The translations under genes and the position numbers were made by a program. Shown piece after piece: positions 17,465-26,747 of a stretch of DNA of 64,000 nt. Under the pieces are notes generated by a model. That model had not been told where the DNA came from. It did not search any database and saw nothing but the letters and a program-made list of their open reading frames with translations. Each line of letters opens with the position of its first letter. Position 1 is the stretch's first letter. Source of the DNA: an uncultured Acidimicrobiales bacterium (lineage in GTDB: Bacteria > Actinomycetota > Acidimicrobiia > Acidimicrobiales > SHLQ01); assembly GCA_938038785.1 (NCBI GenBank), contig CALHTB010000009.1:51513-115512 (forward strand), in the 5' to 3' direction.

Positions 17465-19900
17465 TTAACCGCCGAGCAATGCCGACGTGTCGAGGTTTGC
17501 TTCGGCGTTCGCTGCGGCTTCCTCGTCGATCAGATCGATGTCGTCTCCGGCGATTAGTGCCGCTTCGATGTGAGCAACGTCGCTGTAAATCTTGCGACGG
17601 CGGAACTCATTCACGACACTTCGTCCACTAGTGAAGACCACAAACCCGGCGAGGAACGTCATAAACGCTCCGATGCCGCCAAGGGTCGTCGAACCAATGC
17701 CAACTCGAACAATGCCAAGAATAAACGCCATCGGGATGGTCATCATCGCAAGGCCAATTCCGGCCAGGAACGCCGAGCTCTTCCAGCGCATTTGCTCGCC
17801 AGCACCAATCAAGCCCGCAGAGAACAGCGAGGTGAGTACGGCGAGGGCTCCGAGACCCATCGAAATCCACCCGAGACCAGGTCCGTCGGGGTCAACACCG
17901 CTGTAGATGATCTTGTCACCGGACTGGACGCTGTTGATTAGGTTCTGAATGTCTTGAGCTGCAGCGATCTGCTTGTTGATGTCGTCGCCGGCCCCTTCGC
18001 GGAGCTCTTCGATGCGGGCGGCAATGTCTGGCGGGACGTCCTCTGAGGCTCGCTGGATGGCTTCCAAGCGCTCGTCGAAGTACCAACCCCAACCACCATT
18101 TGCGTCTTCACGTTCACCGACGCCGAATGCGGATCCGGTGACGAGAAGCAATGCAAATACGGTTGCCGCAATACGACCCCACGCAATGTCGGTAGGCAGT
18201 GGTCGACGTGGGCCATAGGGGGCGCTGAACGTTGCGACCGCAGCTCCAACAACGGCAAGCGCTGCGCCAAGAAGCCCAATGGTAACGCCGATGCCGTGGC
18301 TGTAGTCCACAACGAATGGCGATGGCTGCAACAGGAAGTAGCCCAACGCTGCGCCGAGCATTCCGATCGTGGCAATGAGTGCGCCGTCAGCGCCAAGGCG
18401 AGGTGTGCCTGTCGCGAACGTCTCAATGCCGATCATGACTACGCAGAGGCCGAAGAGGGCCAAACCGATGGTCGAAAGCAACCCGGTTGGGCCAAGGCCG
18501 CCGAAGACTCCCTCGAGGGTGTTCAAAAGCCATACGGCGATGATGATTGCGGTGATCGCTACCAGCATCATTCCCTGGCCCTTGAGCATCAACCGAGAGA
18601 TGGCGGCTGGGAAGGACAGCAAGGGCCGTAGCGACGCGACCAGAGCCAACAGCGCAAAGATGCCGAGGGCAATGCCAAACATCGTTCCGCCCGAGGCGGC
18701 AATGCCGTTGAACGAAAGTCCGCTGAGTTCGCCAGCGGCGTTCTCGTCGGCGAATCGGCCATAGGAGCTGACCAGACCAGCGTTGTTGGCCCATGGAAGG
18801 AACAGCGCAACGAGGGCAACGACCGAGCCTGCAGCAGACACCATCAGGCCGGTGCGCTCACGTCCACCAACAGGGGCAGGACGTTCGGTTTCCTCTGGCT
18901 CCTCGACAACCGGTGCTGCCTGGGCTGCCTGTGCTTCAAGGAGACCTTCGGGGTTTGCGCGGTAGGCGAATGCCTGCTTGATCTTGGTCGACAAGCTGAC
19001 GCCGTCCTGGGCTTCGGTTTGGGAGATGCGGTCGAGGATGACCGCCACCAAGAAGAAGGCCAGGCCAGCCGATGCGGCGAGACCCAGGTTGAGGTTGTTG
19101 ATTGCACGGAAGAGCAGGCGGCCAAGGCCACCAGCGCCCATAAGTGCTGCAATGCCGAGCATCGAGATGGCGAGCAACAAGGTCTGGTTGAGGCCGGTCA
19201 TAATCGCCGGGCGTGCCAGTGGTAGCTGCACATCGGTAAGGACTCGAAGCTCGGTGGCGCCGTAGGCACGAGAAGCTTCGACCACATCCTCGGGAACCTG
19301 ACGGATACCGAGGTTGGTGAGGCGCACAAGCGGCGGAAGCGCGAACACCATCGTCACCATCGTTGCCGAGACGTTGCCCAGGCCAAAGAAGAAGATGAAC
19401 GGCAACATGAACACAAAGGAGTGCACAACCTGCATGGCGTCGAGCGTGGGTCGCACCACGTTCCATACGCCGTCGAAACGGCCCGACAAGATGCCGAGCG
19501 GAATGCCGACGATGGCACACAAGGTGACCGACACCAAGATCATGCCGATGGTCTTCGCTGTCTCGGTCCAGTACTCGGCGCCGAGGAAGCCACACACCGA
19601 CAACATCGCCGCACAGGCAAGGCCGATGCGAGTGTTTCGGGTGAACGATGCAATGACGAATACGCCGATCACAACCCATACCCATGGGATGGTCATGATG
19701 GAGTCGCGGCCAACCCGTTCGCTCATGATGAGCTCGAAGAAGGTGCGGAACGGCCATTCGATCACGTCACCGATAAACGATGTGATGGGGTTGTTCACCG
19801 CCCAGAAAACAAGCTCCTTGAGCCACTCACCGAACGGGAACCGAAAGCCTTCCGGCCAGCTGTTGTCAATGAAACTCTCTTGTGCAAATACAACACTCAT
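17465..19900 (-). CDS. proW: betaine ABC transporter permease (ProW/OpuAB domain) fused to a ~500-aa polytopic C-terminal extension, paralog 1
   Basis: 811 aa. Residues ~1-300 form the ProW-type BPD_transp_1 permease (EAA-like loop ASRAYGATELRVLTDVQLPLARPAIMTG). The remainder has about 10 further hydrophobic helices and a conserved soluble segment, GWGWYFDERLEAIQRASEDVPPDI...SGDKIIYSGVDPDGPGLGW. The start overlaps the proV stop. Confidence 0.88.
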   Translation of the reverse strand: MSVVFAQESFIDNSWPEGFRFPFGEWLKELVFWAVNNPITSFIGDVIEWPFRTFFELIMSERVGRDSIMTIPWVWVVIGVFVIASFTRNTRIGLACAAMLSVCGFLGAEYWTETAKTIGMILVSVTLCAIVGIPLGILSGRFDGVWNVVRPTLDAMQVVHSFVFMLPFIFFFGLGNVSATMVTMVFALPPLVRLTNLGIRQVPEDVVEASRAYGATELRVLTDVQLPLARPAIMTGLNQTLLLAISMLGIAALMGAGGLGRLLFRAINNLNLGLAASAGLAFFLVAVILDRISQTEAQDGVSLSTKIKQAFAYRANPEGLLEAQAAQAAPVVEEPEETERPAPVGGRERTGLMVSAAGSVVALVALFLPWANNAGLVSSYGRFADENAAGELSGLSFNGIAASGGTMFGIALGIFALLALVASLRPLLSFPAAISRLMLKGQGMMLVAITAIIIAVWLLNTLEGVFGGLGPTGLLSTIGLALFGLCVVMIGIETFATGTPRLGADGALIATIGMLGAALGYFLLQPSPFVVDYSHGIGVTIGLLGAALAVVGAAVATFSAPYGPRRPLPTDIAWGRIAATVFALLLVTGSAFGVGEREDANGGWGWYFDERLEAIQRASEDVPPDIAARIEELREGAGDDINKQIAAAQDIQNLINSVQSGDKIIYSGVDPDGPGLGWISMGLGALAVLTSLFSAGLIGAGEQMRWKSSAFLAGIGLAMMTIPMAFILGIVRVGIGSTTLGGIGAFMTFLAGFVVFTSGRSVVNEFRRRKIYSDVAHIEAALIAGDDIDLIDEEAAANAEANLDTSALLGG

Positions 19901-21123
19901 TACATGAACACCTCTCGCTCGAAGCCGTCTATCAGTTGCTCGACTCGGCCCATCTCTTCCATCATTTCGCGAGGATTCAGCACGCCGACAAGGCGTCCTG
20001 ACTCATCGACGACGGCCATCGGGAGCCCGCGGCCAGCTGAGGCGTACACCTCGTTGAATGTTTGTGTTGGCGCACACGTTTCGAAGTCGATGCGAAGCGC
20101 CGAGCCGACCTCGGTCGTTCCCATCTGCGCAGCACGAATGCCGTCCTCGACGGTGAGCAAACCAGTAGGTCGCCCGTCGTCATCAACGGCGAAGGCACCC
20201 GACGCGTCGCCAAGGCTGGTGATGGCATCGGAGAGCGTTGCGCTCGACGAAACAGTGGTGGCGCCAGACATGATTGTCTGTACGTCGATCACTCGACCCT
20301 GGTCGACGTCCTGAACGAACTCGGCTACATAGCCGGTTGCAGGTTGGGTGAGGATCTCCTCGGGAGTGCCGATCTGGACGACCGCGCCGTCCTTCATGAT
20401 GCAGACACGGTCGCCAATGCGAAGTGCCTCGTTCAGATCGTGAGTAATAAAGAGGATGGTCTTCTTCAGTTGTTCCTGAATTGCCATCATCTCGTCCTGC
20501 ATCTGACGGCGGATGAGCGGATCGAGTGCAGAGAACGCCTCGTCCATAAGGAGAATGTCGGGGTCAGCTGCGAGTGCACGGGCAAGACCAACGCGCTGCT
20601 GCATACCGCCGGAAAGTTCACGGGGGCTGTTGTGGGCGAACGACTCGAGGCCGACAAGCTTCAGCGCTTCGAGCGAAGCCTTATCGCGCTCGGCCTTCTC
20701 GACCTTTTGCACCTTGAGGCCATAACCGGTGTTGTCGATGACCGAGCGATGCGGGAAAAGGGCGAAGTGCTGGAACACCATGCCCATCTTCTCTCGGCGG
20801 AACTGCTGCAGCGATGGCCCGTTGAGTGCCTGCACATCGACACCATCGACGAACACATGGCCGTCGGTGATGTCGTGAAGCTTGTTCACGGTTCGGATAG
20901 CGGTGGACTTGCCCGAGCCGGACAATCCCATGATCACGAACGTCTCGCCGCGGTTCACGCTGAACGTCACGTCACTCATGCCGACCACGTGATCGGTGGC
21001 GGCTTGGACGTCGTTCTTTTTCATGCCGCTCTTGGCGAGCGTGAGTGCACGACCCCGGGGCTGAGGCCCAAAGATCTTGAAGACGTTCTCTAGCCTGATG
21101 ATTTCGTCACCGTGTTCAGCCAC
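19900..21123 (-). CDS. proV: glycine betaine/L-proline ABC transporter ATP-binding protein with tandem CBS domains
   Basis: 407 aa, GTG start. Walker A GLSGSGKST, signature LSGGMQQRVGLARAL, Walker B ILLMDEAFSALD. The C-terminal ~130 aa is a CBS pair, as in OpuAA/ProV. Confidence 0.95.
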   Translation of the reverse strand: MAEHGDEIIRLENVFKIFGPQPRGRALTLAKSGMKKNDVQAATDHVVGMSDVTFSVNRGETFVIMGLSGSGKSTAIRTVNKLHDITDGHVFVDGVDVQALNGPSLQQFRREKMGMVFQHFALFPHRSVIDNTGYGLKVQKVEKAERDKASLEALKLVGLESFAHNSPRELSGGMQQRVGLARALAADPDILLMDEAFSALDPLIRRQMQDEMMAIQEQLKKTILFITHDLNEALRIGDRVCIMKDGAVVQIGTPEEILTQPATGYVAEFVQDVDQGRVIDVQTIMSGATTVSSSATLSDAITSLGDASGAFAVDDDGRPTGLLTVEDGIRAAQMGTTEVGSALRIDFETCAPTQTFNEVYASAGRGLPMAVVDESGRLVGVLNPREMMEEMGRVEQLIDGFEREVFM

Positions 21124-21277
21124 GCGCGATACCCCTATCCATTGTGTCGGCGGTCACGAGAGTAGCACTGAACCCAAGTACTTCCGAACTGGGCCGTATG
21201 AACTCTGAACCGTGAATTTGTTGATTTTTCATTTGTTTTGGTGTCTCTTTGTCACGCGTTTGGAATGTTCTTTCCAG

Positions 21278-23710
21278 CTATGAACCTAAGGCAGCGTCGA
21301 TATCGAGGTTCTCGGCCGCGTTCGCCTCGACGTCCTCATCGACGAGATCGATGAATTCATCGTCGCCAGCGATGCGCGCGGCCTTGACATGAGCGTCATC
21401 GCTGTAGATCTTGCGTCGGCGGAACTCTTCGACAACCCCGCGACCGCTCGCGAACACGATGAACCCTGCGAGGACGGTCATGAACGCTCCGATACCGCCG
21501 AGGGTTGTCGAGCCAATGCCAACTCGAACAATGCCCAGGATGAAGGCCATCGGGACGGTCATCATGGCCAGTCCAAGACCGGCGAGCACCGCGGAGGCGC
21601 GCCAACGCCGTTGCTCTCCCCCGCCGAGAACACCGGCCGAGAACAACGAGGCAACCACGGCAAGCCCGGCGAATGCCATCGAGATCCAGCCAAGGCCTGG
21701 GCCGTCCGCGTCGACACCGCTGTAGATGACCCGGTCACCACTTTGGACACTGTTCATCAGGTTCTGAATGGCCTGAGCATTCGCGATCTGCTTGTTGATG
21801 TCGTCACCGGCTTCTTCGCGGAGTCGTTCGATCTCTGCTTCGATGTCTGGCGGCACGTCCTCAGAGGTTCGCTGGATTGCTTGGACACGCTCGTCGAAGT
21901 ACCAGCCCCACCCGCCGTTGGCGGTTTCACGCTCGCCAACGCCGAATGCCGAGCCAACAACAAGGAGCAACGCGAAGACGGCGGCACCAACGCGACCCCA
22001 CGAAATGGTTGCGGGGAGCGGGCGCCGCGGACCGTATGGCGCGGACAAGGTTGCGAGTGCGCCGCCGGCGAGGGCGACTGCCGAGCCCGCAATCGCAAGC
22101 ATGATGCCCGTACCGTGGCTGTAGCCAACAACGAAGTTCGATGGCTGTAAGAAGAAGTAGCCCAGCGATGATCCGAGCATGCCGATTGCGAGCAGTAGCG
22201 CACCGTCAGATCCGAGCCGCGGAGTGCCTCGGCTAAAGGTCTCAACTGCGATCATGGCAACGGTAATAGCGAAGAGCCACAGTCCAATCGTCGAGAGAAG
22301 ACTTGTGGGGCCAAGAGTGCCGAGGACCCCTTCGAAGATGTTGAGCAGCCAAACGGCGACGATGATCGCCGTTATGGCCGCGAGCATGACGCCTTGTCCT
22401 CTCAGCATCAGCTTTCCAACCGCGTCGGGAAATGACACAAGCGGTCGCACCGACGCGAGGAGCGCGAGCACGGTAAACAGACCCAGCAAGATGCCGTAGA
22501 ACGTGCCGCCCGATGCAACGAAGCCATTGAACGACTGGCCAGCGAGTTCCGTCTCGTCGGCGAAGCGACCATAGGAACTGACCAAGCCTGCGTTGTTACC
22601 CCACGGCAGAAACAGCGATACGAGTGCAAGGATCGAGCCGAGTGCGCCAAGGAGAAGGCCGATCCGCTCGGTTGAACTCACCGGTGCGGGACGCTCGGCT
22701 GGTTCGGCGTCAGGTTCGATTGGCTTGGCTTGGGCAGCCTGAGCTTCGAGAAGGCCCTCGGGGTCGGCCCGGTACGCAAATGCCTGTTTGATCTTGGTCG
22801 ACAGGTTGACACCGTCTTGGGCTTCGGTCTGTGACATGCGGTCGAGGATGACTGCGACAAGGAAGAAGGCCAGCCCAGCCGAAGCCGCCAGGCCGAGGTT
22901 GAGGTTGTTGATTGCACGGAAGAGCAAGCGGCCGAGACCGCCAGCACCCATGAGCGCTGCGATGCCGAGCATCGAGAACGCAAGCAACAAGGTCTGGTTG
23001 AGGCCAGTCATGATTGCAGGTCGCGCCAGCGGCAGCTGCACATCGGTAAGGACTCGCAGCTCGGTGGCTCCGTAGGCTCTCGATGCTTCCACCACATCTT
23101 CGGGCACCTGCCTCACCCCTAAGTTCGTCAGACGAACGAGCGGGGGAAGCGCAAACACCATCGTGGTCATGGTTGCCGAGACGTTGCCAAGGCCGAAGAA
23201 GAAGATGAAGGGCAACATAAACACGAACGGGTGTACAACCTGCATGGCGTCGAGGGTTGGTCGCACCACGTTCCACACGTTGTCGAATCGACCCGACACG
23301 ATGCCGAGTGGTATGCCGACGATTGCACACAGCGTGACCGAAACGAGGATCATGCCGATGGTCTTTGCGGTCTCAGTCCAGTACTCGGCGCCGAGGAACC
23401 CACATACGGACAGCATCGCGGCACAGGCGAGCCCGATGCGGGTGTTGCGGAGGAAGGAGGCGATCACGAAGATGCCGATTACGACCCACACCCACGGGAT
23501 GGTCATGATCGAGTCACGGCCAACGCGTTCACTCATGATGAGTTCGAAGAAGGTGCGAAACGGCCATTCGACCACGTCGCCGAGGAATGCGGTGACGGGG
23601 TTATTCACCGCCCAGAAGACGAGCTCCTTGAGCCATTCGCCGAACGGAAACCGAAAGCCTTCTTGCCAACTGTTGTCCGTGAAATTCTCTTGAGCAAAAA
23701 GGACGCCCAT
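21278..23710 (-). CDS. proW: betaine ABC transporter permease with ~500-aa C-terminal extension, paralog 2
   Basis: Track ORF 21278..23743. The preferred start is MGVLFAQENF at 23710, preceded by a GGGGGAGA SD, and it aligns with the paralog 1 start MSVVFAQESF. The permease half is nearly identical to paralog 1 by eye. The C-terminal half is collinear but more diverged. Confidence 0.88.
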   Translation of the reverse strand: MGVLFAQENFTDNSWQEGFRFPFGEWLKELVFWAVNNPVTAFLGDVVEWPFRTFFELIMSERVGRDSIMTIPWVWVVIGIFVIASFLRNTRIGLACAAMLSVCGFLGAEYWTETAKTIGMILVSVTLCAIVGIPLGIVSGRFDNVWNVVRPTLDAMQVVHPFVFMLPFIFFFGLGNVSATMTTMVFALPPLVRLTNLGVRQVPEDVVEASRAYGATELRVLTDVQLPLARPAIMTGLNQTLLLAFSMLGIAALMGAGGLGRLLFRAINNLNLGLAASAGLAFFLVAVILDRMSQTEAQDGVNLSTKIKQAFAYRADPEGLLEAQAAQAKPIEPDAEPAERPAPVSSTERIGLLLGALGSILALVSLFLPWGNNAGLVSSYGRFADETELAGQSFNGFVASGGTFYGILLGLFTVLALLASVRPLVSFPDAVGKLMLRGQGVMLAAITAIIVAVWLLNIFEGVLGTLGPTSLLSTIGLWLFAITVAMIAVETFSRGTPRLGSDGALLLAIGMLGSSLGYFFLQPSNFVVGYSHGTGIMLAIAGSAVALAGGALATLSAPYGPRRPLPATISWGRVGAAVFALLLVVGSAFGVGERETANGGWGWYFDERVQAIQRTSEDVPPDIEAEIERLREEAGDDINKQIANAQAIQNLMNSVQSGDRVIYSGVDADGPGLGWISMAFAGLAVVASLFSAGVLGGGEQRRWRASAVLAGLGLAMMTVPMAFILGIVRVGIGSTTLGGIGAFMTVLAGFIVFASGRGVVEEFRRRKIYSDDAHVKAARIAGDDEFIDLVDEDVEANAAENLDIDAALGS

Positions 23711-23880
23711 GAACTGTCTCCCCCATGGTGGTTCGCGAATCACGAACCACCGCCGTATGTGTCGCGCGTCACGACCGTAGCATGAGGTATGGGTATTGCC
23801 GCCATGTTCAGTCCGGTAATAACCGTTGAGATTTCAGTACCCTTACGTGGTGTTTGGGTGGGTATACCTGAGGTTTGGAC

Positions 23881-25272
23881 TCATCCCACCGATTCAACGG
23901 TTTCGGCGGTTTCGAGAACCTGCGCGAGGTCGAACACCGCCACGTCAGATTCGGGCAATCGGTCACCCATTGCCCCAATCGGGCTCACGATTCGAGCTGC
24001 TGGCAGTCCATCGACGTCTCGACCAATGCCGGTCACATCGAGCGATACCAACGTGCCTTCGGCAACCCAAACCAGCGCTCGAGAGTCGGGGGTCCACGTG
24101 ATGGTGTCGTCGACCGCCAGGCGTTCGGTCCAGAAGTGAGACGAGTTCCCTTCGAGGTCGAACAGCGACCATCGAGTTCCCTGCACGGATAGAAGCAGCC
24201 TGCCATCGGGGCTAATGCGCACGATTGCATCATTGCTGAGAGCGTTGGCGTCGACGATCTGCTGATCCGACCCGTCCCAGCGCGACACCGACCCCACACA
24301 CTCCAGTCGGTTATCGCAGGCCACCCCCGCAATGTGCTCTGGGCTGGCGGCAATCGCCCGGCCCACACTGCGGGGCAGCGCCTCAAAGCCGCCACCTTCG
24401 ACAATGCTGCTTTCGGCAGTTGGGCTCGACACGATAATTCCCGCGCCGGCAACAGGAAGGATGGTCCACGATTTCGGAGCCTGCGCAGTGCCGTTCATCG
24501 CTGGGCCCCATAGCGAACCGACAAAGAAGTCGGTCGGTGCATCTTCGTTCTCGGAAATGAACGCGTAGCTATCGAGCTCGCTGCCGAGGCGAACCATTCG
24601 AACCGAGTTGGACAACTTCCCCGAGCGTTCTGGTTCGAGGAGGTCGATAAGCCAGGTTGCGTTCTCGCCGCCGATGAGTTGAATGTGCTCCGGCAGCGGC
24701 GGGACGTCGTGTTGTGCGAGCGTCGCCACCGGTAATGCCGCTCCGGTTTCAAGTGATCGCAGCTCGAGCTGATCATCGTCTCGTACCCACGCAATGACCA
24801 GCCCTTCAAGGAGTTCGTTGTCGACGAACGAAAGCCGACTCAGGTACTGCAGCTGGTCTTGCCGCTCAAGCTCTTCTGGGTCGACCTCCTCGACGGGTTC
24901 GTCGTCCGCTGTCTCAACCTCGGGATCTAACGGCAGCTCGATGGAACTTGGCGTGGCCTGCTGATGGTCAGAATCACCTTCGTCGGTGGTCGACGAACCA
25001 AGCAGTACGAGGGCAACGAATGCCAGGGCGAGCAAGCCAACTATTGCCGCCAAAGCTCCGACCTGGCTGGAACGACCATGTGGTTCTGGAAGTGCAAGGT
25101 CATCGCCCGAGAGGTCGGACCCTCCGGGGCCGTATCCCAGCAGTTCGATACCAACCGAAGGCGGTGGTGCCGACTCGTTGGACTCACTAGGTGCCAAGCC
25201 GCCGTCACCGCCGCTGGTCGGACTGCCAGGACGGGCGTTGCGGCCACCACGAGATGGCCGCGTTCTTCCCAT
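23881..25272 (-). CDS. hypothetical single-pass membrane protein with possible beta-propeller-like ectodomain
   Basis: 463 aa. Disordered G/S/P-rich N-terminus, one TM helix (VGALAAIVGLLALAFVALVLLG), an acidic linker, then a ~300-aa beta-rich region with repeated W/D-containing strands. No recognisable catalytic motif. Confidence 0.6.
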   Translation of the reverse strand: MGRTRPSRGGRNARPGSPTSGGDGGLAPSESNESAPPPSVGIELLGYGPGGSDLSGDDLALPEPHGRSSQVGALAAIVGLLALAFVALVLLGSSTTDEGDSDHQQATPSSIELPLDPEVETADDEPVEEVDPEELERQDQLQYLSRLSFVDNELLEGLVIAWVRDDDQLELRSLETGAALPVATLAQHDVPPLPEHIQLIGGENATWLIDLLEPERSGKLSNSVRMVRLGSELDSYAFISENEDAPTDFFVGSLWGPAMNGTAQAPKSWTILPVAGAGIIVSSPTAESSIVEGGGFEALPRSVGRAIAASPEHIAGVACDNRLECVGSVSRWDGSDQQIVDANALSNDAIVRISPDGRLLLSVQGTRWSLFDLEGNSSHFWTERLAVDDTITWTPDSRALVWVAEGTLVSLDVTGIGRDVDGLPAARIVSPIGAMGDRLPESDVAVFDLAQVLETAETVESVG

Positions 25273-25282
25273 TCGGCGAGGC

Positions 25283-25288
25283 TAGCAT
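25283..25288 (+). promoter_or_regulatory. candidate -10 element (TANNNT) for a leaderless MFS transcript
   Basis: TAGCAT ends 6 nt before the ATG at 25295. No SD is present. The divergent gene starts only 22 bp away (25272). Confidence 0.3.
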
Positions 25289-25294
25289 ACGCCG

Positions 25295-26674
25295 ATGTCT
25301 ACAGATCTGGCTGGAGAGGCGGGTGGCCCGGCCGTGAGTGTCGCGGAAGATGGGCCGCTCGTCGGCGCCCAATCTCGGCCGGCGATTACCTCACCGCTTC
25401 TGTCGATGTGGGCGCTGTTCTTGGGCGTGCTGGCAATGATGCTCGGCAACGGCTTGCAGGGCACCGCAATGGGTGTGCGTGCAATCAACGAGGAGTTCGC
25501 CGTCACCGTCATCGGGTTCATCCAGGCTGCCTACTACGTGGGTTTCCTCGCCGGTTCGCGCTTCACCATCCGGGCCCTATCGAAAGTCGGCCATGTCCGA
25601 GTCTTCGCCGCGTTGGCCTCGATGGCATCGACTGCGTTCGTCCTCCCAGCGTTGCTCGTGAATCCGGTCGCCTACCTGGCGATGCGTCTCGTGATTGGCT
25701 TTTGTATGGCGGGGCTCTATGTCGTGGTTGAAAGCTGGCTCAACGATCAAGCAACACCAGAGACGCGTGGCCGTACTCTGTCGATCTACATGGTCGTGAC
25801 CATGGGCGGCGTCACCGGTGGCCAGCTGCTGTTGAACGTGGCCGATCCAAACGGATTTGAACTGTTCGTGATCGCATCGGTCTTGGTGTCGATTTCGCTG
25901 GTGCCGATGGCATTGTCCGAATCGAGCGCACCCCCGCTGCCAGCGGTCGGGCGGCTGCCGTTTAAGACACTCTTTGGCATTGTCCCAACCGGTGTCATCA
26001 TGATGTTCTTATCTGGGGCTGCTGCCGGTGCGGTCTTCGCATTTGCCCCGGTCTATGCCGCACGAATTGGCATGAGCACCGCGCAGATCTCGTTGTTCAT
26101 CGCAATGGCGTTGTTTGGTTCGATGATCTTTCAAATGCCGATCGGCTATATCTCCGACAAGGTGCCGCGCCGAGGCGTGATGGCGGTGTGTGCGGCCGGA
26201 GCCACCGCAGCCTCGTTCGTCGGCATCGGAACCAGCACTGGCACTGATGCGCTCGTCGTCATGTTCGTTATCGGTGCTACGTCGTTCCCGCTCTACTCGC
26301 TGGCGATCGCCTACACCAACGACTGGATCTCCGACGACCAGCGCGTTGGCGCATCGGGCTTGCTGGTCATGATCAACGGCGTTGGCGCAGTGCTCGGGCC
26401 GCTCGTCGCCTCGGTGCTGATGTCGCAATTTGGCTCGTCGGCGTATTTCTGGATCTTGGTCGGAACCCACGGCGCCATGCTGTGCTACCTGATGTATCGC
26501 ATCGTCGTTCGTGACGCTGTGGCCGTCGAAGACCAGTCTCAATACCGCCCGTACCACGCACGTTCGTCGCCGCTTGCAACAACGATTGGCCGCCGACGTC
26601 TGCCAAAGCCCCCGCGCCCCAAACTTCCCCGCTCCGCCCAGCGTGTTGGTGCCAAGAAGGCGCCCGAAAAGTAA
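25295..26674 (+). CDS. MFS transporter
   Basis: 459 aa. 12 TM profile. MFS loop motif region (GYISDKVPRRGVM). Confidence 0.88.
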   Translation: MSTDLAGEAGGPAVSVAEDGPLVGAQSRPAITSPLLSMWALFLGVLAMMLGNGLQGTAMGVRAINEEFAVTVIGFIQAAYYVGFLAGSRFTIRALSKVGHVRVFAALASMASTAFVLPALLVNPVAYLAMRLVIGFCMAGLYVVVESWLNDQATPETRGRTLSIYMVVTMGGVTGGQLLLNVADPNGFELFVIASVLVSISLVPMALSESSAPPLPAVGRLPFKTLFGIVPTGVIMMFLSGAAAGAVFAFAPVYAARIGMSTAQISLFIAMALFGSMIFQMPIGYISDKVPRRGVMAVCAAGATAASFVGIGTSTGTDALVVMFVIGATSFPLYSLAIAYTNDWISDDQRVGASGLLVMINGVGAVLGPLVASVLMSQFGSSAYFWILVGTHGAMLCYLMYRIVVRDAVAVEDQSQYRPYHARSSPLATTIGRRRLPKPPRPKLPRSAQRVGAKKAPEK

Positions 26675-26747
26675 CCGGTTTGGCCCGGGTCGCGTGGTTG
26701 CGTCCATACTGTCTCGCAGTCAACGACGACTCGTGGAGGAGACACTG

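Noticed and set aside
23711-23743. Upstream start (MIREPPWGRQF...) for proW paralog 2
   Set aside because: The ATG at 23710 has a strong GGGGGAGA SD and aligns with the paralog 1 N-terminus. The extension would place the 5' hairpin (23727-23751) inside the coding sequence.
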